DNA of 64,000 bases. Source: an uncultured Haloplasmataceae bacterium (GTDB lineage Bacteria > Bacillota_I > Bacilli_A > Haloplasmatales > Haloplasmataceae). A model generated the notes under the pieces. It did no database searches, had not been told where the DNA came from, and saw only the letters and a program-made list of their open reading frames with translations. Within the stretch, counting starts at the first letter, position 1. Every line of letters starts with the position of its first letter. The stretch lies in contig CAWGPU010000004.1 of the NCBI GenBank assembly GCA_963824615.1, forward strand, positions 108,852-172,851, written 5' to 3'. The translations under genes and the position numbers were made by a program. Below, piece after piece: positions 30,644 through 39,588 of the stretch.

Positions 30644-30988
30644 TCACATTAAATTTCCTAGTGGACCCAAATTTAAATTTAAATCTTCCTCTTCAAGTCC
30701 AAATATATCTCTTAATTCTATCATTTTCTCCTCAAGCTTCATGAAAGCTATCCCTAATTGTTCAATCTCCTCGTCATTTACTGTTCCATTTTCCATCCGT
30801 CTCATGGCTTGTTTCTCCATAAGTTTTCTTAATAATTCAATTAATGTTAGAACAAGCTTTGCAAGACCTTGTTCAACACCCTCAGGGTCTGCATTGAGTC
30901 TATTTTTAAATCCATTATTAATATTAGATACTTCACTCATAAAATCATCATTGTCAAAATTAGAATTATCATTCATTTTCATCACCAA
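30644..30988 (-). CDS. gvpK: gas vesicle protein GvpK
   Basis: LAKLVLTLIELLRKLMEKQAMRRMENGTVNDEEIEQLG matches the conserved GvpK core. Confidence 0.8.
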   Translation of the reverse strand: MVMKMNDNSNFDNDDFMSEVSNINNGFKNRLNADPEGVEQGLAKLVLTLIELLRKLMEKQAMRRMENGTVNDEEIEQLGIAFMKLEEKMIELRDIFGLEEEDLNLNLGPLGNLM

Positions 30989-31688
30989 CTTTTGTTAATT
31001 TTACAAAATGATATGGTGACCAGGGGCCACTAAATACAAATTTATAATTTGCGTGTTTGTTTTTTAATTCTTCAACACGAAAAGTAAATTGTTCAATATT
31101 TGTTTTATATACGAGGTATGCTCCATTAAATATTAAGTTGTTTTTAAAAGGTTTAACTAAATTACTCTCGCAAGCTATTTCTATTAATTCTTTATTTATC
31201 TCATCTAAAACAATTTCAATCGCTTTTAGTTGTAATTTTCGATTGAGATATCGTTCATATCTCTTTAACATATATGATTTTGGATTTTCGTTTTCTATCT
31301 TGTCAAACTTATCTTGATGTTCATAATCTAGTTTATAAAATATCTTAACGCCTAATTCAACTTTTCCCTTTACGCGATCAAGATTTTCTATAAATTGTAA
31401 GTAATATTGTGTTAGCATCAATATAACACTATCCTCATTTATACTGATTGTTGAAAAACTAAGGGGTAGTACACTACTAAATACCATCGCACAACTGGCG
31501 ATTTTTTCATGACATTGAAGATTTTCAAAAGTAGGTTCATATCTCGATTTATGGGTTTTACTGACTAAGGCACAGATATCCTCATAATGAATCACCGTTA
31601 TTTTCTTATCATCCATTCCTAATAAATCTATGCATGTATCATCTGAAATTTTTGATGTTATACAATAAATATAATAATTTTCTGTCAT
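30969..31688 (-). CDS. gvpL: gas vesicle protein, GvpF/GvpL family (second paralog)
   Basis: Contains KGKVELGVKIFY and a C-terminal SGPWSPYHF. Confidence 0.75.
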   Translation of the reverse strand: MTENYYIYCITSKISDDTCIDLLGMDDKKITVIHYEDICALVSKTHKSRYEPTFENLQCHEKIASCAMVFSSVLPLSFSTISINEDSVILMLTQYYLQFIENLDRVKGKVELGVKIFYKLDYEHQDKFDKIENENPKSYMLKRYERYLNRKLQLKAIEIVLDEINKELIEIACESNLVKPFKNNLIFNGAYLVYKTNIEQFTFRVEELKNKHANYKFVFSGPWSPYHFVKLTKVGDENE

Positions 31689-31689
31689 C

Positions 31690-31884
31690 TCAATCCGTAA
31701 GCTCCTTCCTATCTCCTCTAATCGTATCTACCGAACTAATGGCTAACCGTAATCCAACATAAATTAAATCAATATTAGCAATTGATATCATGAGATCCCC
31801 ATGGATGAGAATTCCTTTATCAAGCAATCGATCTAGAAGATCAAGGAGGGTCATCTCTTTTTCATTTTCACTTAAATTAGACAT
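31690..31884 (-). CDS. small GvpA-family gas vesicle protein (GvpS/GvpM-like)
   Basis: LLDLLDRLLDKGILIHGDLMISIANIDLIYVGLRLAISS is a GvpA-fold core in a 64-aa protein. Confidence 0.65.
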   Translation of the reverse strand: MSNLSENEKEMTLLDLLDRLLDKGILIHGDLMISIANIDLIYVGLRLAISSVDTIRGDRKELTD

Positions 31885-31888
31885 ACCC

Positions 31889-32122
31889 TCACTCCTCTCT
31901 CATTTCATGTTCTTTTTTATATTTTTTTATTTCCATCAATTTCTCTAAAATAACTGTTTCTTCTGCTTCGTACTCATCTTCTGTTATTTTGCCACTATCA
32001 AACAATTCATATATTTCATCGAGAGCCTCCTTATAGGGAGTCTCATCGTAAAGTTCTTTTTCAGCCTCGTTATAAATTATTTCAAATATCTTTTTTATAC
32101 CTCGGAAAAGCATTGTTATCAT
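31889..32122 (-). CDS. gvpG: gas vesicle protein GvpG
   Basis: 77 aa. MLFRGIKKIFEIIYNEAEKELYDET...GKITEDEYEAEETVILEKL matches the GvpG pattern (helix plus EYEA motif). Confidence 0.7.
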   Translation of the reverse strand: MITMLFRGIKKIFEIIYNEAEKELYDETPYKEALDEIYELFDSGKITEDEYEAEETVILEKLMEIKKYKKEHEMREE

Positions 32123-32140
32123 CTCCCTATAAAATATTAT

Positions 32141-32887
32141 TTAATTAATCTCTATCCGAATATTAGTAAAATTATAGGGAGCCCAAGGACCAGTATAGCT
32201 AAAAATTAGTTTCTCATTATATAATGTTTTAAATTTTTCAACAGTCTCATCAAAAATAGCCTCATTTGCTTTATCAACTAAGAAATAACAATTTAATATA
32301 GTTTTAATCGGTAAATTTTCTTTAAATTTACTTTCAGTAGCTATCTTTTCTAAAGGGGTATAGATTTTTTCACGGTATATTTCTCGTTTTTCTTTTATGG
32401 CAGCTTCTACCATTTTACCAAGTAAAATCTTTTCATTTAATACTTTATTTTCTTCTTTTCCTTCAATTGCTTGCTTAAGTTTCATTATTTTTTCATCTTG
32501 TATATCTTCATCAAAATAGAGAGCATCCCAAGTAATCTTTAACCCTAACTCTACTTGATTTTTTAATCTTCGAATATTCTTCAAAAACAGTTCGTAATTG
32601 GATTTTATGATGATTTCAATTCCTTTTTTGTTATTTGCTACCGTGCCAAAAGCAACAGGAATGATCGTATACTCTTCTAATACTAGATTCAATACCTTTT
32701 GATGGGCCAAAGAATTTTTTCTTGATGGAAGATAATCTATAATTGGTGCATCACTAACAACAGCGGCTATTTCATCTAGATTTATTGTATAAACAGGTGC
32801 ATTAAATCCACAAATAGATGAGGTGCCAAAATTTTTCTTTTCTTTTTCTTTTATGAAACAATATAGATATTTTCCCATTAATGCCAT
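32141..32887 (-). CDS. gvpF: gas vesicle protein GvpF (GvpF/L family, first paralog)
   Basis: Contains LYCF, KNQVELGLKITW and TGPWAPYNF. Confidence 0.8.
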   Translation of the reverse strand: MALMGKYLYCFIKEKEKKNFGTSSICGFNAPVYTINLDEIAAVVSDAPIIDYLPSRKNSLAHQKVLNLVLEEYTIIPVAFGTVANNKKGIEIIIKSNYELFLKNIRRLKNQVELGLKITWDALYFDEDIQDEKIMKLKQAIEGKEENKVLNEKILLGKMVEAAIKEKREIYREKIYTPLEKIATESKFKENLPIKTILNCYFLVDKANEAIFDETVEKFKTLYNEKLIFSYTGPWAPYNFTNIRIEIN

Positions 32888-33165
32888 TACTTATCACCTT
32901 CAACATCAATTATGTCTTGTTGGTTTATATTGGGATTATTTAATTTCTCAATTGCTTCTTCAAATTGTTTATTATCTGATATTAATTTCATATTAATTGT
33001 GTATTTGCCAACGAGTAACTCGCTTTCTTGTGCTTTAATGTTTCCACTAATATTAATCTCTTGCCCCTCGTTACTAACCATATCTTCCATAATTTTAATA
33101 ATACTTTTAATCCTGCTTGTAATAAGACTGATATTATTTATTTTTTCATTTTCAACAGTTGACAT
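32887..33165 (-). CDS. uncharacterised 92-aa protein encoded inside the gvp operon
   Basis: Translationally coupled to gvpF (stop and start share a nucleotide). Acidic. No recognised Gvp family by eye. Confidence 0.4.
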   Translation of the reverse strand: MSTVENEKINNISLITSRIKSIIKIMEDMVSNEGQEINISGNIKAQESELLVGKYTINMKLISDNKQFEEAIEKLNNPNINQQDIIDVEGDK

Positions 33166-33180
33166 TATATCACCTCAATC

Positions 33181-33441
33181 CTAGTCATTATCTACTGTAG
33201 CGCGTTTTCTTGTAGAGATGAGTTCAAAGCTATTAACTTCTTGTTTATCTGTAACATGTATTTCATAAATTTCTACTATGTCTCCAATACCTTTGCGCGT
33301 TGTATACTCTGGGTCTACTAATACCTCACATACTGCCTTCCAATAATGTTCTTCTCTAACTACAGATATGACCCTACAATTTTGATCTAAAACAATTTTA
33401 AAGAATTTTCTTACCCATTCTATGCAATCTATAATGGTCAT
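33181..33441 (-). CDS. uncharacterised 86-aa protein in the gvp operon (possible GvpO/GvpR-like accessory protein)
   Basis: Occupies the position between gvpN and gvpF where B. megaterium has gvpR/gvpO-like genes. Sequence assignment is uncertain. Confidence 0.35.
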   Translation of the reverse strand: MTIIDCIEWVRKFFKIVLDQNCRVISVVREEHYWKAVCEVLVDPEYTTRKGIGDIVEIYEIHVTDKQEVNSFELISTRKRATVDND

Positions 33442-33456
33442 TTTATCCCTCCTTAC

Positions 33457-34425
33457 TCAATCGTTTAAAGTATTGTAAAATACATTATGGATTGACTTAT
33501 TAACAATTTTATATAAAAATGCTTTCTCTGTTTCATCTAATCCATCATTTGATAATTGTGTACCGAATATATCCATACATATTTCCTTTAATGCTGCACT
33601 ATCTGGTGATAGCTTGATTCTCTGTTTACTAATGATATTTGCCATCATCAAACTACTCCGTATGGAAACTAATTTTAAATCCCGCATTTCTTTTCTAATT
33701 TGTTTCGTTATTTTAATGATCTTCTCTGCCTCAGATGATGTTAGATTCGATTTGGAGACTATTATTAATTTTTCAGTTTCCTCGTCCATTGAAGTAATAT
33801 CAATTGTAATCATCCTATCAATTAAGGCATTTGTTGATTTGAATACACCAACATATTCACTAGGGTTACTAGTGAAAATCATTTTAAAATCTTTACTTAT
33901 ATTAATAATTGAATTACCATTTACATTTTCAGGTACCTCTAATATTCTCTCTTCAAGAATTGGGAGGAGGATATTGTTTACTTCAGGGCTAGTTCTGGTA
34001 AATTCATCATAAATAAAGGTATATCCGTTTTTACAAGCGGTAACTAATTTACCATCTGTCCAAAGTTTTTTTTGTTCTTCTTCCCGTTTATATACCGAAC
34101 TGATAAAATTATCGATTACTAAAGTATTCTTGCTTCCATAAAAATTTCCAATCATTTCTGATTCACCTAGTTCCTTACTTCCGCATATATATATTATAGG
34201 GTTACCAAGTTCCTTTGCAATATGGAAGGCAAGAGAAGTTTTACCAACACCTGCAGGTCCTCTTAAGTGTACGGGGTATCCAGTATTTAGATACCATGAT
34301 GCCCGTTCTGATAAACTATTAGTGTAGTCGGTCTGAATGAACATACTTTGATTAAGAAAATTATAGTCTTTGTTTTTACTCACTTTCTCACCACCTATCT
34401 TTATTATTACGGCTAAGCAAGGCAT
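33457..34425 (-). CDS. gvpN: gas vesicle protein GvpN (AAA+ ATPase)
   Basis: Walker A GPAGVGKTS and Walker B-like FIYDEF in the GvpN/CbbQ/NirQ arrangement. The alternative GTG start at 34383 (AGGTGGTGA RBS) may be the true start. Confidence 0.8.
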   Translation of the reverse strand: MPCLAVIIKIGGEKVSKNKDYNFLNQSMFIQTDYTNSLSERASWYLNTGYPVHLRGPAGVGKTSLAFHIAKELGNPIIYICGSKELGESEMIGNFYGSKNTLVIDNFISSVYKREEEQKKLWTDGKLVTACKNGYTFIYDEFTRTSPEVNNILLPILEERILEVPENVNGNSIINISKDFKMIFTSNPSEYVGVFKSTNALIDRMITIDITSMDEETEKLIIVSKSNLTSSEAEKIIKITKQIRKEMRDLKLVSIRSSLMMANIISKQRIKLSPDSAALKEICMDIFGTQLSNDGLDETEKAFLYKIVNKSIHNVFYNTLND

Positions 34426-34547
34426 TAAATGACATGATGCTATTCACTTAAGTAGCTAAGTGATGAATTATAACCACTCATAAAAAGAACCCTGCTTAAC
34501 CAGTTGTACTTATTAATTATTGACTAGAGTACTAATTAAAATGATTG

Positions 34548-34760
34548 TTATGCTTCATGAAGTCTATCGTGTTTTAAAAGACCTACTGCATCAGCATAAA
34601 CTAACCAGGTTCTAACACAGGCGATTACGATTCTAGCTTCAATTGCCAATATTTCAATTCCCACTAAAGAAACTTTAGCCCACAAATCAACTACTATTCC
34701 TTTATCTAGGATTCTGTCAATTACTTCGACAAGGCTTGAACTTTCAACCGATGTTTTCAT
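34548..34760 (-). CDS. gvpA: gas vesicle structural protein GvpA
   Basis: [41 protein letters not shown] is near-identical to the universal GvpA core. AGGAGG RBS. Confidence 0.9.
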   Translation of the reverse strand: MKTSVESSSLVEVIDRILDKGIVVDLWAKVSLVGIEILAIEARIVIACVRTWLVYADAVGLLKHDRLHEA

Positions 34761-35011
34761 AGTTTAACCTCCTTTATAACTGAGTAGCTTTTTATCGCTC
34801 TAATTCATATTATTGAAAAATCGACAAAAATGTTACAAGTTAGGGACTAAAATTCACGCCCTTTTATTGACTGTTTCCTTTGTCACAAGTGCTGATTAAT
34901 TTAAATATAATTAGAAATTTTACAAATTATTCCTTTTAGTACAATTAAGTGATTGAGTAAAAAACATGATTACATTCTCAATATTTTAGAAATTAAATAT
35001 AAAAGTAGATT

Positions 35012-35048
35012 AAAAGAAAACCTTCGTTTTTAATAAAAACGGAGGTTT
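35012..35048. terminator. bidirectional hairpin terminator upstream of the gvpA promoter region
   Basis: aaaaccttcgttttt...aaaaacggaggtttttt. Confidence 0.5.
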
Positions 35049-35184
35049 TTTAATATGTAATAAATAAAATTGTAGTAAAAAATAAAAATAAAAGACTAAC
35101 TCAAAGGAAATGATTACAAAGTCCTAAAAAAATAAAATCTTAATAATGAGATTAATAAAAATAGTGACTTATTGAGTAATGTCT

Positions 35185-35217
35185 TGACAAAATTAAAAAA
35201 ATTGTGTTATAGTGAAG
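35185..35217 (+). promoter_or_regulatory. near-consensus sigma-A promoter with extended -10 (TTGACA ... TGtTATAGT)
   Basis: TTGACA at 35185, then a 15-nt spacer, then TGTTATAGT. The RBS AAAGGAAGTGA and the small ORF at 35238 follow. Confidence 0.55.
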
Positions 35218-35237
35218 TAATTAAAAAGGAAGTGAAT

Positions 35238-35336
35238 ATGAATAAAGTTTCTTTAGAAAAAAATTCAGTTTTACAGATGGGTGTTAGAAAAAAGATTTCT
35301 GCTGTTTTCTTCATTTTTTTATTTAGACGATGTTAG
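35238..35336 (+). CDS. small ORF (32 aa, MNKVSLEKNSVLQMGVRKKISAVFFIFLFRRC)
   Basis: Strong promoter and RBS. Hydrophobic C-terminus. It lies upstream of a membrane-protein/ABC-ATPase pair and is below the ORF track cutoff. Confidence 0.3.
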   Translation: MNKVSLEKNSVLQMGVRKKISAVFFIFLFRRC

Positions 35337-35574
35337 AGTGAGATTCACCTTGACAATTTAAATACCTAATTCTTACGATAAACTTATCACAAAGCGATTG
35401 TTAATTTTTTCTAGTTAAGAAAATAATTTGATTATAGTCTAAATTCTGCATTAAAATGAATAAACAAGTAAAAATTAACAATTAGTAACCAATACTGATA
35501 AAATATTCAATAATATATATTTTTCATTATTGAGTTGGTATAATTCAAATGTAAAAAAATATGGAGGTTTAATT

Positions 35575-36306
35575 ATGTTTGCATTAAATTTTAAAAAAGA
35601 TTGGCGAATGAACAAATCATTATTCATAAGTTTCTTCGCAATATTATTCTTACTTTTATTTGTAAATACCGCTTTTTTTATTGTTTTAAAGAACATTAAC
35701 CCTGGAACCACTTATGATGTTCTCAGAACAATATGGGGATTCTTAGCAACCCTTTCATCATTAATAGGAACGATTTTGACCATAGTATTGATGTATTTTG
35801 TTTTAAAGAATGATTTAGGTAAAAATAAAATACAATATTCTATTTTTACACCGCAATCTATCTTATCATGGTATCTGCCAAAAGTATTGTTTGTATTAAT
35901 AGTACAAGGATTATTTGCGCTAATTGACTTAGGATACACTTATTTCGTTTTTGATCTTATTAAATCTGTAGGTCAAACAGTTAATTTTAATTTTTGGGAT
36001 AATATGACATTATTCTTAACAAAAACATTTAATTTTGGTTTCTTTGCCCTTTTGACTTTATGCATTGCTTTATATTACTCATTTAGAAAAAAAGGATTGT
36101 CATGGTTCTTAATTGTCGTAGCTGTTCTTATTTATTTCATTGGTGATATTTCTTATACAATTTACCAACAAATACAATCATCATTGCATGATACGACATT
36201 TAAAAATATCCCAACTATGGTTATTCCATATGTTATTAAAAATGTTATTGGTTTAGTTTATCTTTTCATTTCAATATATCTATTTGATAAAAAGATAGAA
36301 TATTAG
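35575..36306 (+). CDS. polytopic membrane protein (putative permease partner of the downstream ABC ATPase)
   Basis: GGAGG 7 nt before the ATG at 35575. About 6 TM helices. Confidence 0.45.
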   Translation: MFALNFKKDWRMNKSLFISFFAILFLLLFVNTAFFIVLKNINPGTTYDVLRTIWGFLATLSSLIGTILTIVLMYFVLKNDLGKNKIQYSIFTPQSILSWYLPKVLFVLIVQGLFALIDLGYTYFVFDLIKSVGQTVNFNFWDNMTLFLTKTFNFGFFALLTLCIALYYSFRKKGLSWFLIVVAVLIYFIGDISYTIYQQIQSSLHDTTFKNIPTMVIPYVIKNVIGLVYLFISIYLFDKKIEY

Positions 36307-36317
36307 GAGGTATTAAA

Positions 36318-37022
36318 ATGATAGAAATTAAAAATCTTACACAAAAATTTGGAAGCACTATTGCGATTCAAGATATAAATTTAACTTTGAATAAAGGTGG
36401 AATTATTGGACTTATTGGACCAAATGGATCTGGGAAATCAACGATAATTCGCTCAATCATGGGTATTTTGAAACCTTCTACAGGCTCTGTTTTAGTGGAT
36501 GGTGAGCCTGTTAATCGACAAATCAGTAAAAAAATAGCTTATTTATCAGATATTAATGAATTATACTTACCAACAGTTCTACAAAATATTGATTACTTTA
36601 CAAATCTTTACCAAGATTATGATAAAAATATAATGATGGACATTATTAATAGTCTTCATATAGATTTACATATGAATGTGAAAGGTTTATCAAAAGGACA
36701 AAGCATGATAGTTCGCTTTGCTTTAACAGTTGGAAGAAAAGTGGATTATGTCTTATTAGATGAACCGTTAAGTGGATTAGACCCAGTATTCCGTGAAAGT
36801 TTTATTAAACGATTAGCTGATTTTCGTGAAGATAATCCTAACGTGACTATTATTCTTACTTCACATATGTTAAGAGAAATTCAAGGCTTATTAGATGAAG
36901 TTATTGCGATTTATTTTGCTAAAATATTAGCATATGATAAAAAGGAAAATATTCTAAAAGACAATGAAGATCTTGAAGCTTGGTTTAAAGAAGAATATGT
37001 AAAAGCAGGTATTAATTTTTAA
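36318..37022 (+). CDS. ABC transporter ATP-binding protein
   Basis: Walker A GPNGSGKST, signature LSKGQSMIV and Walker B VLLDEP. Confidence 0.75.
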   Translation: MIEIKNLTQKFGSTIAIQDINLTLNKGGIIGLIGPNGSGKSTIIRSIMGILKPSTGSVLVDGEPVNRQISKKIAYLSDINELYLPTVLQNIDYFTNLYQDYDKNIMMDIINSLHIDLHMNVKGLSKGQSMIVRFALTVGRKVDYVLLDEPLSGLDPVFRESFIKRLADFREDNPNVTIILTSHMLREIQGLLDEVIAIYFAKILAYDKKENILKDNEDLEAWFKEEYVKAGINF

Positions 37023-37081
37023 TTAAAATAATAAAAACTCACAAAATCATTAAGATTTATAGTGAGTTTTTTTAATATCTT

Positions 37082-38050
37082 TTATTTTGTTGCTTTATTT
37101 AAAGCATTTGTGATTGCTTGATAGAGTCCATGAGTTGAATGAGTCGCACCACTAACCGAATCAATATTTAATGATTGTTGATTTAGTATAGTAGAAACAT
37201 TTTGATTAAGAATTGATTGATATGGATATCCCGTGCAACCGCAGTTTTTAACTTGAATATTTGTTATTTTATTATTTTTTATACTGACAGTAACACTTAC
37301 TTGAAGATTATGATAACCAGTTCCATTACCTGTATATGTCCCATCAGTAAATTGTAGTGATGCAATGTCAATTTGCTGTGTTTGTACAAATAAATTACCT
37401 TGATTTAAAATAAAAGTGAGCACAATTGCGGTTAAATAAAAGGTATATTTTAAAGCTGTACTAAATTTAGTTTTATTAAACCTAATAATGGTATAAACTA
37501 AAAAGGTGAGAGAATAAAAGACTTGGTTGGAGGAGTTGGCTAATAAAAATAAATGAATGTAGGTCGCTAAATAAACAAAATAGGACCATTTATGTAACGA
37601 CTTCCAATCCTTGGCATCTAGTCTTTTTCTGATTGTCAGAAATGAGGTTATAAATAAAGGGACCATGACAACAAAGGCCATTATCCCAAAAATGATACCC
37701 CAATCTGTGAAAAAATTACTAGCGTAACCTATAAATGCAACAACAGCATGTGGTATAAGAAAGATAAAAGCACTAATGGATAGTACTCCTCTTATCGCAA
37801 ACATTTTGGCCACATTTTTTTTCTTCCTGTTTAATGCTCCCAAAAACATGACAATCACAAATAAGACTAGACTAACATAACCTGTATTTATGACATTTGA
37901 TAAGGCTATATTCTTGTAAATTACTGTTAAAACACTAAGGAAAATAGCTATTAAATAAAAAACAAGAGGGTATTTTTTTATTTTTTCCTTATAAAAGTAT
38001 ATTAAACTGGTTGTTATTATCAATATTAAAATATATTCCATATAAATCAC
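37082..38050 (-). CDS. membrane protein: ferric-reductase-like heme-binding TM domain fused to a C-terminal FMN-binding domain
   Basis: 6 TM helices with paired His residues (PHAVVAF, IHLF). The C-terminal VSGATHSTHGLYQAITNALNKA is an FMN_bind-type motif (as in RnfG/NqrC). Confidence 0.45.
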   Translation of the reverse strand: MIYMEYILILIITTSLIYFYKEKIKKYPLVFYLIAIFLSVLTVIYKNIALSNVINTGYVSLVLFVIVMFLGALNRKKKNVAKMFAIRGVLSISAFIFLIPHAVVAFIGYASNFFTDWGIIFGIMAFVVMVPLFITSFLTIRKRLDAKDWKSLHKWSYFVYLATYIHLFLLANSSNQVFYSLTFLVYTIIRFNKTKFSTALKYTFYLTAIVLTFILNQGNLFVQTQQIDIASLQFTDGTYTGNGTGYHNLQVSVTVSIKNNKITNIQVKNCGCTGYPYQSILNQNVSTILNQQSLNIDSVSGATHSTHGLYQAITNALNKATK

Positions 38051-38289
38051 CTTAAATTATTATATTAGATAATAATGGAAAAATAAAGTTTAATGCTCTT
38101 TTCCAGATTAATCATCCTGCAATTATTATATTGGATAATGATGTGAAGATATTGTTATTATTATGTTATTTTAAGTTATTTATGATAAATAGGTGGTTGA
38201 ATAATTTATTATCTCGAAAAGGATAATTCTATACACTTGATGAAAAATATGATATATTAAAAGGGTAAATAAGAGCAATTAGGAGCGAT

Positions 38290-38982
38290 ATGGAAACGGA
38301 AATCATTCAAGAAAAAATTAGTAAATTAAAAGAAAATAAAGCAGTTTGTTGTATTGTAGAGGTTGGTGCTTTCAAAAAACAAGTGGCAAATGATGTCGAT
38401 TTATTTGTTTTTCTTTTAGATGATGGAGAATTTTTACGAGAAGTAGTTAATATAAAAGGAATTATATTTGATATTTCCTATATACCAATTAATGTACTAG
38501 AAATAGGTATGAAACAAAAATGGTCATTTTTAATGACTGCTTGTCAAACATTTGAAATCATTTATCAAAACGGGGAAGCTTTTAAGGTTATTGAATTACT
38601 CAAAATTATCTCATCACTAGCCCCCGAACCTTTATCAATAGATGAAATCAAATATCTTCGTTTTAAGTTAAACGAGGATTATGACGCGCTACGCTCACGA
38701 TTACTTGAAAAAAATAATGCGTTATTCTTAATGAACCATTTATTTTATAAATGTTTAAATACTTATTTTAAATTACATAATAAATGGGTTCCTAAAGATA
38801 AAAAAATGCTTCAGGAGTTAAAAAAAATTGACATCGAATTTTATGTTTTATGTCAAACATTTATGGAAGAAATTAACATTGAAATGAAAAGCATAATTTT
38901 AAAACAGGTATTAAATGATCTACTAAACCCTTTTGGCGGATTATTGAATTTTTGGGAAAAGGGGAAGTTCCCTTTAAAATAA
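38290..38982 (+). CDS. putative nucleotidyltransferase (Pol-beta superfamily fold) with helical C-terminal domain
   Basis: VGAFKKQVANDVDLFVF fits the hG[GS/A]x9-13DhD NTase motif. 230 aa. Confidence 0.35.
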   Translation: METEIIQEKISKLKENKAVCCIVEVGAFKKQVANDVDLFVFLLDDGEFLREVVNIKGIIFDISYIPINVLEIGMKQKWSFLMTACQTFEIIYQNGEAFKVIELLKIISSLAPEPLSIDEIKYLRFKLNEDYDALRSRLLEKNNALFLMNHLFYKCLNTYFKLHNKWVPKDKKMLQELKKIDIEFYVLCQTFMEEINIEMKSIILKQVLNDLLNPFGGLLNFWEKGKFPLK

Positions 38983-39006
38983 AAAAAAGAAGTAGAGGTA
39001 AGAAAA

Positions 39007-39576
39007 ATGGACAAAGAAAGAATCGAGAAAGCAGTAAGGGAGATACTTGAAGCGATTGGTGAAAATCCAAATAGAGAGGGATTAATTGATACACCTAAAA
39101 GAATAGCTAATATGTATGAAGAAATTTTTTCGGGTCTAAATGAAGATCCTCGAAAACACTTGAAAATATTCTTTCAAGAAGAACAACATGAGGAAATGGT
39201 TTTAGTAAAAGACATATCGTTTTATTCTGTATGTGAACATCATTTAGTGCCGTTTTTTGGCAAAGTGCATGTTGGTTATTTACCAAAGGGTGGTAAATTA
39301 ACAGGATTAAGCAAATTGGCACGAGTAGTTGAAACGGTTTCTAAAAGACCGCAAATTCAAGAAAGATTGACGACAACGATTGCTGATGTATTAATGGAAG
39401 AATTGACACCATATGGTGTTATCGTTGTTGTTGAAGCAGAACATATGTGTATGACTATGAGAGGTGTTAAGAAACCAGGGTCACAAACGGTTACCTCGGC
39501 AGTAAGAGGATTATTTAACAAAGATGCAAAAGCAAGGGCTGAAGCGATGTCACTAATTAATTTTGGACGCCATTAA
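39007..39576 (+). CDS. folE: GTP cyclohydrolase I
   Basis: The conserved [10 protein letters not shown]...GKVHVGYLP...LSKLARVV and QERLT motifs are present. Confidence 0.9.
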   Translation: MDKERIEKAVREILEAIGENPNREGLIDTPKRIANMYEEIFSGLNEDPRKHLKIFFQEEQHEEMVLVKDISFYSVCEHHLVPFFGKVHVGYLPKGGKLTGLSKLARVVETVSKRPQIQERLTTTIADVLMEELTPYGVIVVVEAEHMCMTMRGVKKPGSQTVTSAVRGLFNKDAKARAEAMSLINFGRH

Positions 39577-39588
39577 TAGGGGGTAAAA

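Noticed and set aside
30585-31317. Plus-strand ORFs of 137 aa and 86 aa overlapping gvpK/gvpL
   Set aside because: They are antisense to the motif-supported Gvp genes and have Ser/Phe/Leu-rich low-complexity translations.
32912-34012. Plus-strand ORFs of 90 aa and 132 aa antisense to the gvp genes
   Set aside because: Same reasoning. They are antisense to gvpN and the 92-aa gene and have hydrophobic low-complexity translations typical of AT-rich antisense frames.
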